Virus record (IMG/VR): IMGVR_UViG_3300037634_000027
Location: 1 to 36,444 of that record
Strand: one strand, 5' to 3'
From: a virus
Lineage: Duplodnaviria > Caudoviricetes
Length of the DNA: 36,444 bases
Shown here: positions 1-8,210 of the stretch, piece after piece
Position numbering within the stretch: position 1 is the stretch's first letter
Layout: each line of letters begins with the position of its first letter
The notes under the pieces: model-generated
Told to the model about the DNA's origin: nothing
Seen by the model: only the letters and a program-made list of their open reading frames with translations
Databases searched by the model: none
Made by a program: the position numbers and the translations under genes

Positions 1-11
1 AGGAAAGACTC

Positions 12-40
12 TTGACGGAGTTACGGTGCGAGAGTAATGT
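12..40 (+). promoter_or_regulatory. candidate sigma70-type promoter, convergent with the late operon
   Basis: TTGACG (12-17), 17-nt spacer, TAATGT (35-40; keeps the key T-A---T positions). Supported by pattern only. Confidence 0.3.
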
Positions 41-122
41 AATACCGCTCTACACCTCCAAAGGCTAGGGGTTTCCCTTTTACCCCATAGGCGCTCTAGC
101 GGTAGCGTGGCCGAAACCGCTT

Positions 123-3100
123 CTATTTTGTTACCCCTACCCTTTCATCAAACAGCTTATTAAAACGATTATAGACTCCTAGCTTTAACTCTTCTAAGCG
201 ATGCTGCTCTTCCTCTAATCGTATCGTTGCCTCTAACGAGGTAGCCGTAAGGATTTGCTCTCCGATCCTAGCCAGCCTTCTGTTAATGTTACGCAAGCGT
301 TTATCCGAAGAATCCATTCCGCGCTTCATCTGCAACAAAGGTCGGTTCTCCCTAATGTATTCCCCTCTCTCTGCACCTCTTAGAATATCAACCTGCCTGT
401 CGGCCAACATGATGTCTTCTTTTCTATCGTAATACCTTGACTGGGTAATAAAGCCTCGCGACTCATGGTTAAACCTACGCATGATGGGAATGTCATTAAC
501 CGTTAAACCCTGTCGCTCCAAGAAATCATCGAAGCTTATCGGGCCATCAGTCTCTTGAAAGTAATCCGCGCTCTCGCCAACCAGTCTGCCCGTCCTCTCA
601 GCAAACATACCTGTGCCACCAATCATAGAACCAAAGTAATGGTCTAGCGCATCAGGACTGATCCAACCAAGTGGGCCGCTTTTAGACTCATCTCCTCCAG
701 TACCCGGCCCTAAAAGGGGAAGCCTGTTAAGAAACCGAGTCGTTTGTTTAAATGCTTCTGGGGTGCTTCTCTGGGACAAGTTAGCAACAGGGATTTGTGG
801 CCCAAACTCAAACGGGGTTGTATAAACCGGAGAGCCAAAGAAATCTTCATTAACGAGAATTTCCATTAGTGGCTTCCCTATCTGGGGGGTTATCCCTTTA
901 GCCGCCCAGTAACCGGGGTTCTCTGATGTCCCAAAACCTACCGGAGAGAATGATCCCAAAGCGGTTGACACAAGTCTTGCCGCAGCGTCTTGTGGGCTTA
1001 TCAGACCCATAGCAGCCTCTGCTGTATTAACTCCAAGAACGTGCAGGGTGTTATAACCGTAAGGCAATGGAATGGTATAAACACCTTTAGGGTGTCCATC
1101 GTAGAAAGGGTTAATGGTTTTCATGATTACCAGATTTCGTTCTTTAACGTAAGGCTCGATATTGGCATAGTAAGTACGCCCATCATCATCCTCTTCACTT
1201 ACCATCTCGTTAAGCCAAGCAGTCAAAGCTCCCAAGCTTACCATTGATCCCAGTAATCGTTGTTTGGCAGGGGAGGTAAGATTACGCAAGAAGTTAGCTG
1301 TTCCCTGAACGCTCGCATTAAAGAACAAGTAGAGCGCATTTATCTTTTCGCCAGAATTACCCTTGCGGTTAAAGTTAACAGTCAGGTTCTTTGCCAAAGA
1401 CGCAGCTTTTGCCAATGCTTCTTTTTGTGAGTCACCGTTTTTAATAAAGGCATCCCTAGCATTTTTGAAAGTGGCAAACCGTACCCCGTTTTCTATCGCA
1501 CCATTGAGATCGGATACCCAGCCAGCAATAGCGTCTTTGCCTGCCTTCATGTTGCCCTTAAAGGTTCCTTGAGACATTGCGATCAGGTCATCAATATCTC
1601 TAGCGCTCTCGTCAGGAGACCTAACATGGAACCACTCTGTCTTAGCCCCACTCTCTAAATAATCTTTCCAGTCTTGAGCAAGCTTCTTATTCAGCTTCTT
1701 TCCACGCAGCCCTCGATATACTTCCCTGACACTAGGGCCAACGTCCCGAACAACCGCTCCTATTAACCCGTCAGTATTAAGGGCTTTACCATCAACCGCA
1801 TTTTGCTCACCAACCAAATTGCTAATAGCTGCCGTTATGTCGCGTGTAAAGTTAGGAGCAATAAAGCCGGGGTTGTAACTTGTCATTACCGCTGACAAAT
1901 ACCTGTTAACCCCTCTGAGCATCGCCAAGCCCTTGCTCATTTGACCAGCATCGAGACTCATCATCGCTTGCCGTAAACGTGGGTCTTTAAACTCTACAAA
2001 ATACTGCTTGCCATCTTCCTTTACCCCAAGCAACTCTAACCCTGTAATATCCGCGTACTTGCTATCGGTATGTATCTTCCAATAGTTGTCATTAGGATTC
2101 TCTCTAATAAGGTTTAGCATACGCTGTCCGACCACATCGTTTATCGTTCCACGCTTTATGGCATTCTGACGCTGAAAGATAATCTGGCCTAATGGCGGAG
2201 AGGCTTCTGAAACACGACCTTTAGCCTTCTCAGTCTCTACGCCCTTAATGCTAAGGTTGTTTGAGCTTTTTGAGATACGCGCATGTTCCTCGATAGCCAC
2301 ATCTTCATCAGGAGATACCCCTCTCAGCGGAGCGTAATACTTGTAATAGCCTTGAAGCTTGTCTAGGGAGTCTTGATTTATTAGCCCTGAATCTTTTAGC
2401 TCCTGCAATGTGCCTCTGGTGATGGCATCAAAGTCAGCCGCCAAATCGTTCATAACCGCAGCTTTTCTGTTACCACCCTCCCATGACTGGGTAGAATCAT
2501 TCCATGTCAGGCCGTACTGGGATCGCATCTGCTGCTTAACGTAATCGTCAAGCAATCGTTCACCATTTAAACTACCAGCACCACCGTCCTGCAAATCAGC
2601 TCGCGGCTCTTTGCTTTCAGCATTAAGTTTTCTTACATGAGCATTACGTTCTATCGCATGACGCAACACCAAAAACTCTTCAAGTTCCTGCCGGGTAATA
2701 TTCCTTCCTGTTAACTTCTCAGCAAGAGGCTTAACTTCATCCTCTTGAAACCTGTTGAATTTATTGCCAATGATTCCGTGCATAGACTCTTCGCCCAGAT
2801 AAGGGCTTTTGGAATCTTTAAGTAAAGTTAGTCCATGTTGGCGTTGATTATCTTTGATCGCTTTTTCTGTATTCTTCAGATCAATGAGCTTGTCCTGCAT
2901 TTGGAAAACAATGCCCCTGTCATCAGCACTGCTAGGCGCTTCAAAGGGGAGGGCGTTATTGATATTGCCTTGTCCACGCGAGGCTCTGGTAGAGGCTACA
3001 TCGGCTACACGATTGTAAGCAGTTGATTCAACTATGTCGGAAGGTTTGCGGCGAGAGGCCAGTGTTTTGACTTTGCGTAGTTCGTCAGCAGCAGCGCGAT

Positions 3101-6100
3101 CAGCTTCCGGGTTACCCCGGACTTCTGTTGCTCCCTTTGACTTGTCCTCAGCAAGAGCTGCGGAGTCTTCGGGTTTGGTTTTTAGCTTTGGCTGTGGTGC
3201 GATTGTTGGTTTATCCAACTCCTCCAACGCTTGGTCTTGTAGAGCTGCTGCATCTGCCCACTCAGCAACAGTGGGAACATTAGTCTCTCCCCCAAAATAA
3301 TCAGGGTCATGCACAAATAAAACAATGTCAGGTTCGCCATTGTTATACCCAGCAAAGGTCTCTTTGTTCCAAGTTTCAGGAGCAAACTCATCATTCCAAG
3401 GAACTCGCGCTACTGGGCGAAAGCCAACGGTCTCATAAATATCAGGGAGGTAGGTGTCAAACGCATCCAGCTTCGTGCCGCCAGCTTGTACCGCCGCCTG
3501 AAGCATCGCATAAGAGCCACGACTAGGTTCGTTTGGAGAGGCAAAGACGGCAACAACATCACCGTCTGGCATTACTGCAAATCCGCTCCCGCTTGCGGTG
3601 CGAAATAGTCTTGCTTCTGCAAGCTCTTCGGGGCTTTTGATTGTTACCTGAGCGCCATACCTATGGTTTTCCATAGCTTGGCGCATATCACGGTTGTAAG
3701 ATTCCGCATGGGTCGCAGAGTCTACTTCTTCGATCTCAGGAAGAGAAAGATTGCCAGCCTGATATGTATCGAGAGCGGCGGGGTCGGGAGAGAAACTTAG
3801 AAGCCCATCTCTTCCATACCCCTCAACACTTCCTCTTTGGTAAGGCCCGGATGTCTCGCTATCGTAGATTCCACTATCCCGTTCCTGAGCTGATCGCCTA
3901 AAGGAACGGATGACCCGTTGAGCTGGGCTGAGTCCTCTCCAGCCTTCGAGCGCATCTCCCGGTTCAGCCTCAATTTGACCCTCATCGCCTCGGCGAAATC
4001 TTGATCGTATTTGGAAATTGTCATGTAATGCCTCCACGCCTTCGCTAAAGGATTCAGGTCGCGATAAAACGCCTAATTCCGTATATAAATTCTGTTCATG
4101 GAACCACAAGATAGCTTGTGCATCCGCCTCTGAAAGTCCCTCTTGCCCTATCTGGTCGAGAACCAACTTGTTAAACGCTTCCATTTGTCGGCGTTCACTT
4201 TGATTTCTTGGCGCTCCCTGAACAACTTCTTCTAGCTCTCCAGTCTTCTTATTCCGAACTGGCTTACCCAGCATATCTCCAAATACGCGATTATAACTAC
4301 GGGTATACCAAACGTCTTTTGTAGTTCCTTCGTATCCGTTTATGTTAAGAGAAAACCTTCCGGTCTTGTCTCCGATCACCATCGCGCCTAGATGGTAGCT
4401 GTCTTTTTTACCGCTCAAACCGCTTGGTGGGCCAGATAATCCAACCTCTTTTCTAATGGCGGTCAACTCGCCTTTAGTATGCGGAGAGAGCCACCAATCG
4501 CTAAAACCTTGCGCTCCCTTCTGCTCTACTAGCTGGGATATAACTTCCATACCCTTCGCAACTGACTTTTGATACGACCCCCAGCCAGCGCTGGGAATCC
4601 CCTCAGAGACCGCTCCTTTAACCGGAGGAACAGTTGGAACAGTGCCAGTACGCAAATACGTCAACATAGCTGCTACAGCAGCTCTTGTATTGCCTATAAC
4701 TTTCTGGTTGTTAGATGTCGGCCCTGCAATGGCTGACCAAATCACCCTATGGTCTTCATTAGTACGCAAACTTTCTAAGCCGGGTATTTCACTTAACATC
4801 ATGAAAGCCTTTTGAACATCAGCATCATACCAGCCCTGCCCACTAATGTCACGAGTCATTTGTTGTTTTATATCGTCTGCAATAACCTTTGCAGCTATTA
4901 ACTGGTCTTCTGTCACAGTGGGGTCTAGCTTGCGTCCGTAGGTTTCTAAATGAGCTTCATTTAGACCTTTGCCTATATCTATTATCTTGACCTGATTGGA
5001 AACTTTCGTAGGAGATTGAGCGATACGCTCATCTGCGGCTTGCCTAGCTAACTGAGTCCAACGCTCAACCTTATTTTTTCTTCCCCTAGAAGCAAGCAAG
5101 TTGGTGGATTCTGTGCGCGCTGGATCAAAGTTGGCATGAATTGAGCGTAGGTTTTTAGGATCAAAAATTACAACTTCACTTCCATTCCTAAACTGTCTTT
5201 CTATGCCAGTGAATCCTTGGTCTTGAAGAATTTGTTTTGCTACCCTTTTAATTAAAAGATTGCTCCTAGCGTCAGGGTTCACACGTAAATGCATAGGATC
5301 AGTTGTGCGCGTCCTGTCATCATATTCGGCCAACTCAAGAGCTTTCTGATAATCCTCTTCGTTTGCAATGCGGCCTCTCGCAAATACAGGTATTGTTCTT
5401 GCGCCGTCTGCGTTGATGCCGCCAGAGATATACCTTTGGGTATAATCTGGTTCAGAAGATGTATACACTCCCGGCCCTAGTTTGCCAGCAGCAGAGGGAA
5501 TGAATCGCTCAAATTCCTTACCGCCAAATTCAAATTGACTTGTAGAGTGATACAAAACTCTCCCTGTATCAAAGCCTTGCTCTTTGGCTCTTTGCTCCCA
5601 TCCAGCATCCCGTGGTGGACGAGGCACATCCCCGAGCGCTCGCAATCCTTTAGCGGTCTGCTGTCTCTGAGCAGCCAATGGCTGTTGATCATCTTCTAAT
5701 ATGCTTCGAGCTTCTCCTACTCCCGCTCTAGCCTGTTCTTGCATCTGGGTCTGCTCTGCTACTCTTAACTCCTCAGCAGCAACCTCAGCCCCTGTCATGC
5801 CTTCTGGTAACGGTAACTGTTGCTGAGCCTGTACATCGGGTTTAAGTCGGGCAATTTCTTTATCTAGCGTCTGCCTTAAAGCATCCTCAGAAATAAGTGT
5901 AACGCCTCCCTCCAGACTCACTGGGGCTTCTGGGCCGTAGAAGTCTTCATCTTTATAGGAAAAGTTTGAAGAGAGGCCAGAGCCGGGTGGGTACATGGGT
6001 TCTCCAACTTGGTCAGCAACCTGATCGCTAACTCTACCTTTTATTGCTAACGCATCTAGGGCTTCCTGCTCAGTAGAAAAAGTCCCAAGAGGCTGAAAGT

Positions 6101-8210
6101 TAGCGTCCTTAACTACATAGGATTTGCGTCCTCTTCTTGCTAACTCATCACTATAATTAATCTCCCCAATATAATCTGTCGATCCCGACCCTCCTGACTT
6201 GCCTCTATGCATCCTCGTTGCTGTAAGTCTGCCGCCGCCTATATCCCCTCCCTCACTAACGTATACCCCTTTAGGTATGTTAAGTCGTTCGGTGAGATAA
6301 TGTTTACTAAAATCCACATCGCCTTCGTTAGCTGCGCGTGAGGCTAAGGCTGGAGAGCCAACTATCATAGGATCAGCTACAGGTGTAGCTGGTGTACCAC
6401 CTCTAGGTCTGGCTCCTAGAACCCCGCTGTCAATGTCGTTTACTACTTGGTTAAAGCTTGCGTAGCCTGTGCCTGTTAATGCATTGCCCATCTTGCGGAA
6501 AAATTCTATTAACCTTTGCATTAAGTTTAGCGGCTGACCTGCCAAACCAGTTCTTCCTGCTAACGTGTCACGGATAAGCTCAGCAACAGCTTCCTCTTGT
6601 TGGATGTCTGGGCTTTCATTAAGATAAGAATCTTGAGCTGCCTGTAAGTAACTAACCCCATCCGCATTAATCTGTCTTCGAGAGACGTTTTCTAAAACCC
6701 CCCACTCAGCATCAGTCCATAACTTCATCCGCTTAACCGCATGAACCATTTCATGGTCTACCAGACCACCGAACTCTCTCTGTAGTTGTGGAGTGTCCAG
6801 TTGCTCAAAGCCTCTGACCCGATCAGCGCCTAGAAGAATCGTGCGCGTACTGGGGTCGAAAAGAGCCTCTACTTCTTGAGGATCGTCCATGCGAGAAAGA
6901 ACTTGTGGATCGAGATTGTAAGCTACGTTGATTCCAATATCGTCAAGACCACGGCCTTTTAATACGCCACGCAAGTTGGGCGCAATAACTTCAAGTTGCT
7001 CTTTAACCCGTGCACGGCGAGCATCTTCATCGTAGGCTTCGCCTAGATTTTTCAATCGACTTACTGCATCTTCTCCTGCGATGTCAGTGGTAGGCTCTGT
7101 GTCTGGGAGGTCAGGAGTAACGGTCTCTGGAGTTATCTCTGACAAGTCAGCAGTAGTGGGGAGGTCACCGGGAAGGTCTTCTGGGGGAGTTTGAGTGGGA
7201 GTAAATATAGGAGTCGCTGCACCGGAAACACCACCAAGAGTGCCTCCAGCAATACCCGCCATGTAAGCGGCTTCGCCATATTCAGCGTAAGCCTCATCCG
7301 ACATAACGTCTAATCCAGCTTGCGCTCTTTCAATAATTTGTTGAGAAATTTCAGTCGGTATTTCAACCGCAGCTCCGCGAACTGCGCCTTTCAAACTGTC
7401 TTGTGCAAGATTAACAAGAAAGGAAGACGATCTAACGCCTCTAGGTTTAGGTGTAATTCCAAGTATTCTGGAAATTATAGACCTTCCAAAAGTCATGTAA
7501 GTACCGAAACCTTCCGCTGCTGTTTGAGCAGCCGCAGCTAAAGCCGCGCTTTCAGTATCAATTTCAACAGGTCTTCCTTCTGCAATATCAGTTTCTGCCT
7601 GCCGCTGAATATTTTGAGAAAATAACTGTGGAAGAATTGCGGAACCAGCGCCTATAACACCCCCTGCAATTTTAGCCGCAGGGTGAGGAACCATCCCTAG
7701 AAGGCGGGAAAGACCACCAACCAACCTGCTTCCTCCAAATGCTCCAGCCATAGAAGCAAGGGTATTGGGAGCCTGTGAAGCTACTACTCTAGGGATTGCC
7801 TGAAGAACTTCTCCTCCAGCCCCAACAAAGCCTTCCTCCTCGTAAGCTGTCATAACGTCAGCCATCGTTGCTGGCCTGCCTAACCGCGCAGCAACCTCAT
7901 CACCTTTAGCTATCGCCTCTAACGCCGCCTCTTCAGGATCGGAAAAAGATTGTGCAAAAGCAGGGTAATCAATTTTTAAACGCTCAACCCCTCGCGTCCA
8001 TTCGTCCCCAATAGTGCTATCGAGAGCAGAAGGATCATCGACAACATCAGGCTGCGATGGAACGCCAGACAAAGAAAACCCCTGCTGTGTAGCAGGGGCA
8101 GAAGGAAACTCACGGCGTAGAACCTCTTCAATAGATTCTGGTGACATGTCATCAGGAAACTCTACTTGGGTAGGTTGACCTCCTTGTATTACCTCAACTA
8201 TCTGCGGCAT
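123..8210 (-). CDS. giant polyvalent internal virion/ejection protein (zincin metallopeptidase, ART-like, HhH-like, GNAT and LPD38-like modules)
   Basis: 2695-aa ORF ending the ejection cluster. N-terminal vEFPDdMS motif; HEMVH (6741-6755) plus EEAVAE (6579-6596); YHST...GPGVYTS...EVVIF; GWYD...KDVWYTR...AQAILW; LDAFD...YETVGF; C-terminal NFNRKG...LFFNASVQG...IPLPYG typical of LPD38-bearing proteins. Confidence 0.8.
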   Translation of the reverse strand: MPQIVEVIQGGQPTQVEFPDDMSPESIEEVLRREFPSAPATQQGFSLSGVPSQPDVVDDPSALDSTIGDEWTRGVERLKIDYPAFAQSFSDPEEAALEAIAKGDEVAARLGRPATMADVMTAYEEEGFVGAGGEVLQAIPRVVASQAPNTLASMAGAFGGSRLVGGLSRLLGMVPHPAAKIAGGVIGAGSAILPQLFSQNIQRQAETDIAEGRPVEIDTESAALAAAAQTAAEGFGTYMTFGRSIISRILGITPKPRGVRSSSFLVNLAQDSLKGAVRGAAVEIPTEISQQIIERAQAGLDVMSDEAYAEYGEAAYMAGIAGGTLGGVSGAATPIFTPTQTPPEDLPGDLPTTADLSEITPETVTPDLPDTEPTTDIAGEDAVSRLKNLGEAYDEDARRARVKEQLEVIAPNLRGVLKGRGLDDIGINVAYNLDPQVLSRMDDPQEVEALFDPSTRTILLGADRVRGFEQLDTPQLQREFGGLVDHEMVHAVKRMKLWTDAEWGVLENVSRRQINADGVSYLQAAQDSYLNESPDIQQEEAVAELIRDTLAGRTGLAGQPLNLMQRLIEFFRKMGNALTGTGYASFNQVVNDIDSGVLGARPRGGTPATPVADPMIVGSPALASRAANEGDVDFSKHYLTERLNIPKGVYVSEGGDIGGGRLTATRMHRGKSGGSGSTDYIGEINYSDELARRGRKSYVVKDANFQPLGTFSTEQEALDALAIKGRVSDQVADQVGEPMYPPGSGLSSNFSYKDEDFYGPEAPVSLEGGVTLISEDALRQTLDKEIARLKPDVQAQQQLPLPEGMTGAEVAAEELRVAEQTQMQEQARAGVGEARSILEDDQQPLAAQRQQTAKGLRALGDVPRPPRDAGWEQRAKEQGFDTGRVLYHSTSQFEFGGKEFERFIPSAAGKLGPGVYTSSEPDYTQRYISGGINADGARTIPVFARGRIANEEDYQKALELAEYDDRTRTTDPMHLRVNPDARSNLLIKRVAKQILQDQGFTGIERQFRNGSEVVIFDPKNLRSIHANFDPARTESTNLLASRGRKNKVERWTQLARQAADERIAQSPTKVSNQVKIIDIGKGLNEAHLETYGRKLDPTVTEDQLIAAKVIADDIKQQMTRDISGQGWYDADVQKAFMMLSEIPGLESLRTNEDHRVIWSAIAGPTSNNQKVIGNTRAAVAAMLTYLRTGTVPTVPPVKGAVSEGIPSAGWGSYQKSVAKGMEVISQLVEQKGAQGFSDWWLSPHTKGELTAIRKEVGLSGPPSGLSGKKDSYHLGAMVIGDKTGRFSLNINGYEGTTKDVWYTRSYNRVFGDMLGKPVRNKKTGELEEVVQGAPRNQSERRQMEAFNKLVLDQIGQEGLSEADAQAILWFHEQNLYTELGVLSRPESFSEGVEALHDNFQIRSRFRRGDEGQIEAEPGDALEGWRGLSPAQRVIRSFRRSAQERDSGIYDSETSGPYQRGSVEGYGRDGLLSFSPDPAALDTYQAGNLSLPEIEEVDSATHAESYNRDMRQAMENHRYGAQVTIKSPEELAEARLFRTASGSGFAVMPDGDVVAVFASPNEPSRGSYAMLQAAVQAGGTKLDAFDTYLPDIYETVGFRPVARVPWNDEFAPETWNKETFAGYNNGEPDIVLFVHDPDYFGGETNVPTVAEWADAAALQDQALEELDKPTIAPQPKLKTKPEDSAALAEDKSKGATEVRGNPEADRAAADELRKVKTLASRRKPSDIVESTAYNRVADVASTRASRGQGNINNALPFEAPSSADDRGIVFQMQDKLIDLKNTEKAIKDNQRQHGLTLLKDSKSPYLGEESMHGIIGNKFNRFQEDEVKPLAEKLTGRNITRQELEEFLVLRHAIERNAHVRKLNAESKEPRADLQDGGAGSLNGERLLDDYVKQQMRSQYGLTWNDSTQSWEGGNRKAAVMNDLAADFDAITRGTLQELKDSGLINQDSLDKLQGYYKYYAPLRGVSPDEDVAIEEHARISKSSNNLSIKGVETEKAKGRVSEASPPLGQIIFQRQNAIKRGTINDVVGQRMLNLIRENPNDNYWKIHTDSKYADITGLELLGVKEDGKQYFVEFKDPRLRQAMMSLDAGQMSKGLAMLRGVNRYLSAVMTSYNPGFIAPNFTRDITAAISNLVGEQNAVDGKALNTDGLIGAVVRDVGPSVREVYRGLRGKKLNKKLAQDWKDYLESGAKTEWFHVRSPDESARDIDDLIAMSQGTFKGNMKAGKDAIAGWVSDLNGAIENGVRFATFKNARDAFIKNGDSQKEALAKAASLAKNLTVNFNRKGNSGEKINALYLFFNASVQGTANFLRNLTSPAKQRLLGSMVSLGALTAWLNEMVSEEDDDGRTYYANIEPYVKERNLVIMKTINPFYDGHPKGVYTIPLPYGYNTLHVLGVNTAEAAMGLISPQDAAARLVSTALGSFSPVGFGTSENPGYWAAKGITPQIGKPLMEILVNEDFFGSPVYTTPFEFGPQIPVANLSQRSTPEAFKQTTRFLNRLPLLGPGTGGDESKSGPLGWISPDALDHYFGSMIGGTGMFAERTGRLVGESADYFQETDGPISFDDFLERQGLTVNDIPIMRRFNHESRGFITQSRYYDRKEDIMLADRQVDILRGAERGEYIRENRPLLQMKRGMDSSDKRLRNINRRLARIGEQILTATSLEATIRLEEEQHRLEELKLGVYNRFNKLFDERVGVTK

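Noticed and set aside
3797-4024. 75-aa alternate-frame ORF inside the giant gene (MTISKYDQ...)
   Set aside because: It looks somewhat protein-like and lies in an inter-domain linker, but there is no convincing RBS or motif. It cannot be supported without conservation data.
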